Below are positions 29,529 to 38,200 of a stretch of DNA of 64,000 bases, in pieces. Within the stretch, counting starts at the first letter, position 1, and each line of letters opens with the position of its first letter. Under the pieces are notes generated by a model. The model had not been told where the DNA came from, searched no databases, and was given only the letters and a program-made list of their open reading frames with translations. Position numbers and translations under genes: made by a program. This DNA is from a bacterium (GTDB taxonomy: Bacteria; Hydrothermota; Tepidihabitantia; SM23-42; JAOAFX01): assembly GCA_049700315.1 (NCBI GenBank), contig JBNAVN010000005.1, positions 4,305 through 68,304 of the forward strand. Reading direction: 5' to 3'.

Positions 29529-31100
29529 TCACATCCTTTCCGGACAAGAACAGCCGAGTAATTCCATACCTGTTCTTATTGTTTGGGCGGTCCGGGCAAT
29601 AAGATATAGTCGTGCCTGACTTAGAACTTTGTCATCGCTGACCACGCGATGTTTTTGATAAAAATGGTGGAACATTCTTGATAGTTCAATCAAGTAATAT
29701 GTAAGCATAAATGGTTCAAGGTTTTTCACAGCATCTTCCACCAACTCTTCAAATCTCAGCACATATTTTATAAGTGCCAGTTCTTCATTCTCTTTGATCA
29801 AATGCAAGTCTTCGTTTTCATTAAGAGTAATGTTGTGTTCCTGGGCATATTTCAAGATACTCATAATTCTCGCATACGCATACTGCACATAATATACAGG
29901 ATTGTCTTCTGATACAGTGCGTGCCAAATCCAGGTCAAAGTCAAGGTGCTGGGAACTTGAACGCATCAGGAAAAAAAATCTGATGACATCAACTGGAATT
30001 TCTTTAAGCAAATCTTCAAGCGGTGTAAAGGTGCCCGCCCTTTTTGACATTGAAACATAGACGTCATCTTTCTTCAGTTTCACTTGTTGAACAATGATAA
30101 TTCTAAGAATATTTTCAGAAAAGTCAAGTGCCTTAAGTCCTGCATACAAACTATCCACCTGCCCAAGATGGTCGGGTCCAAGTATCGTAATCAAATTTTG
30201 ATAATTTCGTTCAATCTTATTGAGATGATATGCAATATCAGGCAGTAAATAGGTATATCTCCCATCCTTCGTGATTATGACGCGGTCCCGGCTATCATTG
30301 TAAGAAGTTGTCTTCAAATATGTTGCCCCATCCTGTTCAAATATCAGATTTTTATGCTCATAGGTCTTCAATACCTTTTCTACATAGCCCTTGTTTCGTA
30401 TTTCAGATTCCCGTATCCAATTCTTGAATATGACACGGAAGTTTTCCAACATTGACCGATGTTGTTCTACAAAATAATTGACCGCATTGATTTTAATATC
30501 TTCTATATCAGTTATTTTCTTCTGCAGGAAATGTTGGGCAACTGAGATAAGATATTCACCATGATAACCATCCTCCGGGATAGAAAATTCTTTACCTTCA
30601 ATCTGGTTCATTCTTTGTTTGATGCTTTCAGCGAGTAACTCAATCTGTCGTCCGGAATCGTTTACATAGTATTCTGCATCAGCATAGAATCCTGCATAGT
30701 TCAATAACCTGACCAGTGAATCACCGAATGCAGCGGCCCTGCCATTGACAATATTTATCGGACCTGTGGGATTGACACTCACAAACTCAACATTCACTTT
30801 CAAACCTTTGCCGATATTGCATTTCTCTTTGTTTTTGAATTTTTCCTTGATATATTCAGGATTAAGCACGAAATTAACAAAACCCGGAGGATAAATTACT
30901 GCTTCATTGATGATAGGTGATTTTGTCTTACTTGCGATATCTTCAGCAATCTTTAATGGACTTAAGGATTTGCCGGCAGCAAGCCGCATTGCCAGGTTTG
31001 TTGTATAATCACCTTTTTTTCCTGCAGGAACATAATCAATCACAATTTTTTGCTCAGGAAACAAGTCCTCCAAGAGCTTTTTTAGATCATCGCGGACCAT
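29529..31100 (-). CDS. argS: Arginine--tRNA ligase
   Basis: EFVSVNPTGP HIGH-like region, MSKRAG, YYVQYAYARI, FHHFY, PERM C-terminus. Confidence 0.95.
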   Translation of the reverse strand: MVRDDLKKLLEDLFPEQKIVIDYVPAGKKGDYTTNLAMRLAAGKSLSPLKIAEDIASKTKSPIINEAVIYPPGFVNFVLNPEYIKEKFKNKEKCNIGKGLKVNVEFVSVNPTGPINIVNGRAAAFGDSLVRLLNYAGFYADAEYYVNDSGRQIELLAESIKQRMNQIEGKEFSIPEDGYHGEYLISVAQHFLQKKITDIEDIKINAVNYFVEQHRSMLENFRVIFKNWIRESEIRNKGYVEKVLKTYEHKNLIFEQDGATYLKTTSYNDSRDRVIITKDGRYTYLLPDIAYHLNKIERNYQNLITILGPDHLGQVDSLYAGLKALDFSENILRIIIVQQVKLKKDDVYVSMSKRAGTFTPLEDLLKEIPVDVIRFFFLMRSSSQHLDFDLDLARTVSEDNPVYYVQYAYARIMSILKYAQEHNITLNENEDLHLIKENEELALIKYVLRFEELVEDAVKNLEPFMLTYYLIELSRMFHHFYQKHRVVSDDKVLSQARLYLIARTAQTIRTGMELLGCSCPERM

Positions 31101-31101
31101 T

Positions 31102-31446
31102 CTAAATCTTCACCTGTGGGGCATCACCCCATAATCTTTCGAGTCCATAGAACTCTCGCGCTTCTTTTGAAAATATGTGAACAATCACATCTATGTAATC
31201 AAGTAAAATCCAACCTCCTTCCTCAACGCCCTCAATGTGGTCAGGTCTTTCATATTCAGATAGACAGTTAGCAAGTGTCTTATTGTGGATGTCTGATAAA
31301 CCAGTCGCAATCACAAAAAAGTCTGTTATCGGTGAGATATCCCGTAAATCAAAGATTATAATATCTTCACCCTTCTTGTCACTTATGATACGGGCAAGTT
31401 CTCTTGCCAATTCAACGGGTTGTTTTTCAGAATCTTTTTTCTGCAT
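31102..31446 (-). CDS. rsfS: Ribosome silencing factor
   Basis: DKKGEDI, DFFVIATG, WILLDYIDVIVHIF..REFYGLERLWGDA. Confidence 0.93.
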   Translation of the reverse strand: MQKKDSEKQPVELARELARIISDKKGEDIIIFDLRDISPITDFFVIATGLSDIHNKTLANCLSEYERPDHIEGVEEGGWILLDYIDVIVHIFSKEAREFYGLERLWGDAPQVKI

Positions 31447-31909
31447 CGGGAAATATCTTTGTATAATCTTCACCAACTATCAGCGTGATATCAATGTATA
31501 GTGCAGGGTCAACATCCTTCCCAATATTCTTGCAACCAATCCGCTGAGCAAAATACTTGCCATTTTTCATATCATCATCAGCCCTTTCAATTACGATTGT
31601 TTCTTTGTATAATGCCTCAGTAGTTCCAATTTTGACAACATTAAATCCTTTTTCACGCAAGATGTCACTGACCCTGATTGCAAGGCGGTTCACTTTACAT
31701 CCATTCAAGACTTCTACGCGTAGATTGCTATTTTTCTTATATATTTGCTCAGGATCTTCTCTCGTGCGCATATAGATGACTGAAGCACCAAATAGAAAGA
31801 CAATAATTATCAAAATAATCAAGAGCACTCTGCCCGCACTGGGTTTTTGCAAGGGGATGTGTGAGTGTGACATCGCGGAATTTAGAAATGCTGGATTTTC
31901 TTCAGTCAT
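31427..31909 (-). CDS. Membrane-anchored LytR C-terminal domain protein
   Basis: One TM segment, then VEVLNGC..LA..L..KGF and DITLIVGED. Confidence 0.85.
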   Translation of the reverse strand: MTEENPAFLNSAMSHSHIPLQKPSAGRVLLIILIIIVFLFGASVIYMRTREDPEQIYKKNSNLRVEVLNGCKVNRLAIRVSDILREKGFNVVKIGTTEALYKETIVIERADDDMKNGKYFAQRIGCKNIGKDVDPALYIDITLIVGEDYTKIFPDAEKRF

Positions 31910-32847
31910 ATCTTTAGTGATTTCTTTTTCCCATCCCTGATCCAGACAAACGGTCCGACTGTGCTATTGTCTTTTATGAATGTTCTCCCTTCAATCAGTG
32001 TGAATGGATGTATATGAACAAATTTCCCAATTCTGACAGTTAAATCAATATTTGTAGTCATTGGGTCTTCAATATAGACACCGCGGAGCATGAGTTCATT
32101 TAGAAAATTCTTCTTTATTATCGCTCTGACTCGGGCAAGATCTGACTTGGTGTTAATACCCAAGATTTCTTCTTCATTGCTTATTTTTAAACCAATGACC
32201 TTTTTCTTTTCTCTTATTAATTCATGAACGATATCAGTTAAATAGAACTCATTTTGTTTGTTGTTCGTTTTAATATTGGTGAGTGCTTCCGTGATCAGTT
32301 CCCGGGAACCGAAATATATACCAGTATTTATCTCTCTTATCATTAATTCTCTTTTACTGGCATCAATATGCTCCACGATTCTCAGGATGTTTCCGTTTTT
32401 ATCTCTTACGATTCTACCATATCCAGAGGGATCAGATAGTTCACACGTCAGGATGGAGAGGTCAGCCATTTGCCTGAAATGATTCTCTATCATTCCGTTT
32501 ATTGTCTCTTTTCGTAAAAGCGGAACATCTCCATACAAGATCAGGACATTATGACCTGTAGCAAGTGCAATCCCCTTTTTCGCAGCGTCTCCGGTGCCTC
32601 GAGGGATTTTCTGGATTGCGTATTTAACCGTATTGCCAAGAATTTTTCTAATTTCTTCGGTTTTGTTGCCAACTACTACAATTATCTCATTGGATTTCAG
32701 TTCATAAGCAAGGTCCACTACAAACTGAATCATCGTTTTCCCCAATATTTTGTATAGAATTTTGGGCGTCTGAGTGTGCATTCTTTTGCTAATGCCTGCC
32801 GCAAGGATTATGCTTGAAAAAGAATGAAGATTGGTTTTTAATGGCAC
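31906..32847 (-). CDS. glmU: GlmU-like N-acetylglucosamine-1-phosphate uridyltransferase (C-terminally short)
   Basis: ILAAGISKRM..PK, RGTGDA, YGDVP, GYGRI, EINTGIY, NEFYLTD. Only the start of the left-handed beta helix is present. Confidence 0.8.
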   Translation of the reverse strand: MPLKTNLHSFSSIILAAGISKRMHTQTPKILYKILGKTMIQFVVDLAYELKSNEIIVVVGNKTEEIRKILGNTVKYAIQKIPRGTGDAAKKGIALATGHNVLILYGDVPLLRKETINGMIENHFRQMADLSILTCELSDPSGYGRIVRDKNGNILRIVEHIDASKRELMIREINTGIYFGSRELITEALTNIKTNNKQNEFYLTDIVHELIREKKKVIGLKISNEEEILGINTKSDLARVRAIIKKNFLNELMLRGVYIEDPMTTNIDLTVRIGKFVHIHPFTLIEGRTFIKDNSTVGPFVWIRDGKKKSLKI

Positions 32848-32852
32848 ACCTA

Positions 32853-32880
32853 AATATATTCAAAATTTGAATTATGTCAA
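32853..32880 (-). promoter_or_regulatory. Promoter of the glmU operon (likely leaderless)
   Basis: TTGACA-16-TATATT, 5 nt before the GTG. Confidence 0.65.
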
Positions 32881-32980
32881 GTCCGGAAACTCAAGTGCCA
32901 ATTTTGTAATTAATCTTTTCTTTCTGACAGGATCATTTGAACAGTTTTCATTTCATAATCATTTGACCAAATCTGAGGGG

Positions 32981-33008
32981 TTGATTTTACGAAATTTTTT
33001 TATATAAT
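32981..33008 (+). promoter_or_regulatory. Promoter of the liv operon
   Basis: TTGATT-16-TATAAT, 7 nt before the ATG. Confidence 0.65.
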
Positions 33009-33015
33009 AGGCTCA

Positions 33016-33900
33016 ATGTCATATTTTCTCCAGCAAGTGATAAATGGCCTTCAATTAGGTTTTGTTTATGCACTGATTGCCCTTGGCTATACCATGGTCT
33101 ATGGTATTGTCCGTTTGATAAATTTTGCCCACGGTGATGTATTTATGGTTGGTGCGTATCTCGGGTTTTATGGTCTGGCATTATATCACTTGCCTTTTCC
33201 TTTTGCTATTCTGTTTGCCATGGCAGGTTGTGCAATAATTGGCATCACAATTGAAAGATTTGCGTACAAGCCATTGAGAAGTGCACCGCGAATATCCGCA
33301 TTGATCACGGCAATGGGTGTTTCATTGTTCCTGGAATATTTTACCAGTCTGAAATTTGTGTTTGGTCCAAATTACCTTGCTTATCCCAGACCTTTTGAAG
33401 TATGTACATATCAAATTGGTCCTGTATGCATATCCAATATCCAGATACTTGTATTCAGTGTGGCGATTTTTTTGTTAATTCTTCTGCAGTTCATTGTTCA
33501 AAAAACAAAAATTGGCATGGCAATGAGGGCCGTATCTTATGATAAAGATACTGCAAAATTGATGGGAATAGATGTGAATTTTATCATTTCCATCACCTTC
33601 GGGATTGGTTCAGCACTTGCTGGTGCTGGTGGAGTGCTTTACGGAATTGCCTATCCCCAGATACATCCATTTATGGGAATAATGCCCGGGTTGAAGGCAT
33701 TTGTTGCTGCTGTGCTTGGTGGTATTGGTTCAATTCCTGGTGCAATGCTCGGTGCTCTGATCATGGGCACTGTTGAGACAATGTCTTCAGCATATATTTC
33801 TTCTACAATGCGCGATGCCATTGCCTTTTCAATTTTGATAATTGTTCTTCTGGTAAAACCCACCGGAATATTGGGAAAGACAGAAACAGAGAAAGTATGA
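33016..33900 (+). CDS. livH: Branched-chain amino acid ABC permease
   Basis: ALGYTMVYGI..INFAHG, GMAMRAVS, KAFVAAVLGGIGS. Confidence 0.92.
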   Translation: MSYFLQQVINGLQLGFVYALIALGYTMVYGIVRLINFAHGDVFMVGAYLGFYGLALYHLPFPFAILFAMAGCAIIGITIERFAYKPLRSAPRISALITAMGVSLFLEYFTSLKFVFGPNYLAYPRPFEVCTYQIGPVCISNIQILVFSVAIFLLILLQFIVQKTKIGMAMRAVSYDKDTAKLMGIDVNFIISITFGIGSALAGAGGVLYGIAYPQIHPFMGIMPGLKAFVAAVLGGIGSIPGAMLGALIMGTVETMSSAYISSTMRDAIAFSILIIVLLVKPTGILGKTETEKV

Positions 33901-34000
33901 CCGGTAAATTTCAAATTCCAAATAGAGAAAAATGTAAATATTGGCACTTAACAATTTTGCCAGATTTGGAATCTATAGTCCGGTCTATTGAGAGAAAGAA

Positions 34001-34978
34001 ATGAGAATGAGAAGCAATCTTTATTCAATTGTAATCGTCTTCGCTATCTATGTATTCGTAACAGTGCTTATTTCTCTTGGCATTCTTAATCCATATTGGG
34101 TTCAGATAATTCAGTTTGCTGGAATTATAACAATTTCTGCCCTGGGGCTAAATCTTATCTATGGTTATACAGGGCAGTTTTCCTTAGGACACGCTGCTTT
34201 TTTTGGACTGGGTGCATACTCTTCAGCACTGATAACGAAAACCCTGTATAATCTTGGGTTCTTCTCATTCATTATCGGTCTGATTGTTGCGATAGGGATT
34301 GTTGCCATAATCGCATTTCTCATTGGCTTGCCGATTCTCCGGTTGAAATCAGATTATCTGGGTATTGCAACACTTGGTTTTGGAATCATTGTTAAGGTAC
34401 TGTTTGACAATGCAGATGCGGTCATTCCTATCTTGGGTGGTTCACGCGGAATGCTGGGAATTTCAAAATACACAGTTTTCCCTTTGACCTACCTGTTCGT
34501 GATTGCTGCTGTTATTGTCATAAGAAACTATGTATTTTCTGATATTGGCAGGGCTTGCATTTCCATAAGAGAAGATGATGTTGCTTCAGAATCTGTAGGT
34601 GTTGATACAACAAAATACAGAACTATGGGTTTTGTATTCGGTTCGGTGTTTGCTGGTGTTGCAGGAGTGCTCTACGCCCATTTGTATTCTTTTTTACACC
34701 CTTCTAATTTTGATTTTCTCAAATCAATTGATGTTCTTTTGATTGTAGTACTTGGTGGTCTGGGCAGTATTTCCGGCACAATAATTGCGGCAATTGCCTG
34801 GACATTTCTTCTGGAAGGACTCAGGGTTGTTCTGCCTGCACAGATTCTTGATTGGCGACTTGTTATCTATCCTTTAGTGCTGATAATTGTTATGCTTATC
34901 AAACCAATGGGAATTGGAAGTGGAATGGAATTCAAATTTTTGAGAATGGAAAGTCATTATACTGATAAAAAAGGGTGA
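34001..34978 (+). CDS. livM: Branched-chain amino acid ABC permease
   Basis: GYTGQFSLGHAAF, LRLKSDYL, AIREDD-like, LGGLGS. Confidence 0.92.
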   Translation: MRMRSNLYSIVIVFAIYVFVTVLISLGILNPYWVQIIQFAGIITISALGLNLIYGYTGQFSLGHAAFFGLGAYSSALITKTLYNLGFFSFIIGLIVAIGIVAIIAFLIGLPILRLKSDYLGIATLGFGIIVKVLFDNADAVIPILGGSRGMLGISKYTVFPLTYLFVIAAVIVIRNYVFSDIGRACISIREDDVASESVGVDTTKYRTMGFVFGSVFAGVAGVLYAHLYSFLHPSNFDFLKSIDVLLIVVLGGLGSISGTIIAAIAWTFLLEGLRVVLPAQILDWRLVIYPLVLIIVMLIKPMGIGSGMEFKFLRMESHYTDKKG

Positions 34979-34990
34979 AAAGATATCATT

Positions 34991-35791
34991 ATGCAAAAAA
35001 ATATTGATAATACAGATATGGCTAATAGTCCTGTACTGAAGATCTGGAAGTTGACCAAGTATTTTGGTGGATTAAGGGCAGTATCAAATTTTGACCTTGT
35101 TGTAAATAAATATGAACTGGTCGGTTTGATCGGTCCCAATGGCGCGGGTAAGACCACAGTGTTTAATTTGGTCACTGGCATATATCAATCTGATTCTGGA
35201 AAGATTATGCTAAACAATGAAACAATTAATAATTTAAAACCCTTCCAAATTGCCCATCGTGGCATTGCCCGGACATTCCAGAATATCAGGCTTTTCAGTA
35301 ATCTTACAGTTCTTGATAATGTAAAAATCGCTTGCCACAAGGATGTGAAATACGGCGTATTATCAGCAATTTTCAGAGACAAGAAATTCACTAATGAAGA
35401 AAAGAAAATTGAGCAAAAGGCTTATGATATTCTTTCTATCTTTGGTCTGAATGGACGTGCACACGAATTGGCAAAGAATCTACCTTACGGCGAACAGCGA
35501 AAGTTGGAAATTGTTCGTGCCCTTGCTACAAACCCTGAGGTTTTGTTACTTGATGAACCGGCAGCAGGGATGAATCCGCAGGAGACGATTAAACTTATGG
35601 ATTTGATCAATTTTATTCGGGAAAAATTTAGACTGACAATCTTATTGATTGAACACCAGATGAGGGTGGTAATGTCTATCTGCGAGAGAGTGAGTGTAAT
35701 GGATTTTGGTGAGAAGATTGCTGAAGGCAATCCCAAGGAAATCCAGAACGATCCCAGAGTCATTGAGGCATATCTTGGAAAAGATAGTTAG
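34991..35791 (+). CDS. livG: Branched-chain amino acid ABC ATPase
   Basis: GPNGAGKTT, RTFQN, LPYGEQR, LDEPAAG, YLG. Confidence 0.93.
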   Translation: MQKNIDNTDMANSPVLKIWKLTKYFGGLRAVSNFDLVVNKYELVGLIGPNGAGKTTVFNLVTGIYQSDSGKIMLNNETINNLKPFQIAHRGIARTFQNIRLFSNLTVLDNVKIACHKDVKYGVLSAIFRDKKFTNEEKKIEQKAYDILSIFGLNGRAHELAKNLPYGEQRKLEIVRALATNPEVLLLDEPAAGMNPQETIKLMDLINFIREKFRLTILLIEHQMRVVMSICERVSVMDFGEKIAEGNPKEIQNDPRVIEAYLGKDS

Positions 35792-35794
35792 TTT

Positions 35795-36538
35795 ATGCAA
35801 AATATGGAGAACAAACCCGAAAGAAACAACCTAATCCTGGATGTAAGAAATTTAAGCGTTCACTATGGCGCAATTCATGCACTGCATGAGATCGTCTTTA
35901 AAGTATGTGCCGGCGAAATTGTTGCCTTGATCGGTGCGAATGGTGCAGGAAAAAGCACAACCTTGAGGACAATTTCTGGACTGGTAAAGGCAAAATCCGG
36001 CAGTATTTACTTTGAAGACAAAGATATTACAAATCTTCCGGGACATAAGATCACTGGGCTTGGTATTGGACATGTGCCCGAAGGAAGAAAACCCTTTGCC
36101 AATCTCTCGGTCTATGAGAATCTAAGACTTGGTGCCTATTTGATCAATGACCAAAAGTTAATTGGCAATACAATGGAGCGTATATTTAAATCTTTTCCGC
36201 GATTGAAAGAAAGGCTTTCTCAGCCTTCTGGAACACTTTCTGGTGGTGAATTGCAGATGCTGGCAATAGCAAGGGCTTTGATGTCCAGACCTAAACTCTT
36301 GATGCTTGATGAACCATCAATGGGTTTGTCACCCATATTGGTTAATGAGATTTTCAGTATAATCAAAGAGATCAACAAACAGGGCACAAGCATTTTGCTT
36401 GTTGAACAGAACGCACATAAGGCATTGTCAATATGCAATTATGCTTATGTGCTTGAAACAGGAAGAGTAACAATACAGGGGAAGGGCAGAGATTTGCATG
36501 ACAATCCTGTTGTAAAAGCAGCATACCTGGGTGCATAG
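35795..36538 (+). CDS. livF: Branched-chain amino acid ABC ATPase
   Basis: GANGAGKST, VPEGR, LSGGELQM, LDEPSMG, LVEQN. Confidence 0.93.
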   Translation: MQNMENKPERNNLILDVRNLSVHYGAIHALHEIVFKVCAGEIVALIGANGAGKSTTLRTISGLVKAKSGSIYFEDKDITNLPGHKITGLGIGHVPEGRKPFANLSVYENLRLGAYLINDQKLIGNTMERIFKSFPRLKERLSQPSGTLSGGELQMLAIARALMSRPKLLMLDEPSMGLSPILVNEIFSIIKEINKQGTSILLVEQNAHKALSICNYAYVLETGRVTIQGKGRDLHDNPVVKAAYLGA

Positions 36539-36624
36539 AAACTGTATATACAAACTCCAGGGTCAAAATACTAAAAGACCGTTTACAAAAAAGTCCTCTG
36601 ACATAAATGGGATAGGTCGTTCTA

Positions 36625-36652
36625 TTGACTTTTCTCGTATTCTGGATATAAT
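36625..36652 (+). promoter_or_regulatory. Promoter followed by a ~170-nt 5' leader
   Basis: TTGACT-16-TATAAT; AAGGAGG RBS before ATG 36825. Confidence 0.7.
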
Positions 36653-36824
36653 AGAGTGAAATATAGGAACTTTTTAAGCATTCTCAAGTGCCCTTTTCAA
36701 TATTTTCCTTTATTCAATCTATGGCAAAAAGGGCTGAAATTAGGTGAAATTTTGCATAAATATGGAACATGCAAATGGCATTTTTGAGTGAATCTGAGGT
36801 ACTGAGGTTTCTCAAGGAGGTTTA

Positions 36825-38141
36825 ATGAGAAGGGTCATTATTATGGGCGCAGCAGGTCGGGATTTTCATAATTTTAATACTTTTTTCAGACAAAATCGTG
36901 ACTACAAAGTCATTTGTTTTACTGCTACCCAGATACCGAATATTGAGGGTAGAAAATACCCGACAGAACTTGCTGGAAAATATTATCCATCTGGTATTCC
37001 CATTTATTCTGAGAGGGAATTAGCAAATCTGATCAGGCGATATGATATTGATATTGTCGTTTTTTCATATTCTGATATTTCCCATAATTATGTAATGCAC
37101 AAGGCTTCTGAAGTGATTGCTGCAGGTGCTGATTTCTGGTTGCTCGGTCCCAAATCTTCAATTTTGACTTCCAGAAAGAAGATAATATCTATCTGCGCCG
37201 CACGCACTGGCGCTGGAAAAAGCCAGACTACAAGAAAGGTGTGCGAAATACTAAACAAATATGGTATAAGATTTTCCGTTGTTAGGCATCCCATGCCCTA
37301 TGGAGATTTGAAAAAACAAGAAGTGCAGCGATTTTCTTCATTGAAAGACCTGGATAAATATAACTGCACGATTGAAGAAAGGGAAGAATATGAGCCTCAT
37401 ATAAAGAAAGGCAATACAGTGTTTGCTGGGGTTGACTACTTGAAGATCTTAAGGTCTGCAGAGAGAATCTCAGATGTTGTTGTATGGGACGGTGGAAATA
37501 ATGATTTGCCATTTTACAAACCTGATTTGCATATTGTCGTTGTTGATCCATTAAGACCAGGTAATGAATCCACATACCATCCAGGAGAGGCAAATGTCAG
37601 AATGGCAGATCTGATAATAATTAATAAAGTAGATTCAGCAAAGGCAAAAGTCGTTGAAAAATTGAAACAAAATTTAAGAATATTAAACAAAAATGCTAAG
37701 ATAGTTGAAGCCTTTTCGCCAATCATTGTTGATAAACCAGAAAAAATAAGAAACAAGCGTGTTGTCGTGATTGAAGATGGTCCTACCCTAACTCATGGTG
37801 AAATGAGTTTTGGTGCAGGTATTATCGCCGCAAAGAATTACCACGCCAGAACCATTGTCAATCCAAAACCCTATGCGGTCGGTACAATAAAAAGGACATA
37901 TGAAAAATATCCGCAGATTGGTCCATTAATTCCTGCGCTTGGTTATTCAAAAAGGCAAATCCAGGAACTTAATCAAAGCATAAATAATACCCCTGCTGAT
38001 GTGGTAATAATAGGAACACCGGTAGATTTGAGAAAATTCTTGAAAATAAACAAGCCAGCAGTTAAGGTGAGCTATGAACTGAAAGAAAAACACGGCAATG
38101 TTCTGGAAAGACTTATCAAAAAGTGTCTGAGTATAAAGTAA
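36825..38141 (+). CDS. COG2403 P-loop NTPase (cyclic 2,3-diphosphoglycerate synthetase-like)
   Basis: MGAAGRDFHNFN, RTGAGKSQT, RHPMPYG, WDGGNND, EDGPT family motifs. Confidence 0.8.
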   Translation: MRRVIIMGAAGRDFHNFNTFFRQNRDYKVICFTATQIPNIEGRKYPTELAGKYYPSGIPIYSERELANLIRRYDIDIVVFSYSDISHNYVMHKASEVIAAGADFWLLGPKSSILTSRKKIISICAARTGAGKSQTTRKVCEILNKYGIRFSVVRHPMPYGDLKKQEVQRFSSLKDLDKYNCTIEEREEYEPHIKKGNTVFAGVDYLKILRSAERISDVVVWDGGNNDLPFYKPDLHIVVVDPLRPGNESTYHPGEANVRMADLIIINKVDSAKAKVVEKLKQNLRILNKNAKIVEAFSPIIVDKPEKIRNKRVVVIEDGPTLTHGEMSFGAGIIAAKNYHARTIVNPKPYAVGTIKRTYEKYPQIGPLIPALGYSKRQIQELNQSINNTPADVVIIGTPVDLRKFLKINKPAVKVSYELKEKHGNVLERLIKKCLSIK

Positions 38142-38200
38142 TTATCATTTTGCTTCAAATGAATTTTATGAAACAATGTTATTAGAAAGAAAGGAGTAGA

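Noticed and set aside
36721-36790. Two tiny uORFs (MAKRAEIR, MEHANGIFE) in the COG2403 leader
   Set aside because: No RBS and no amino-acid enrichment typical of attenuator peptides.
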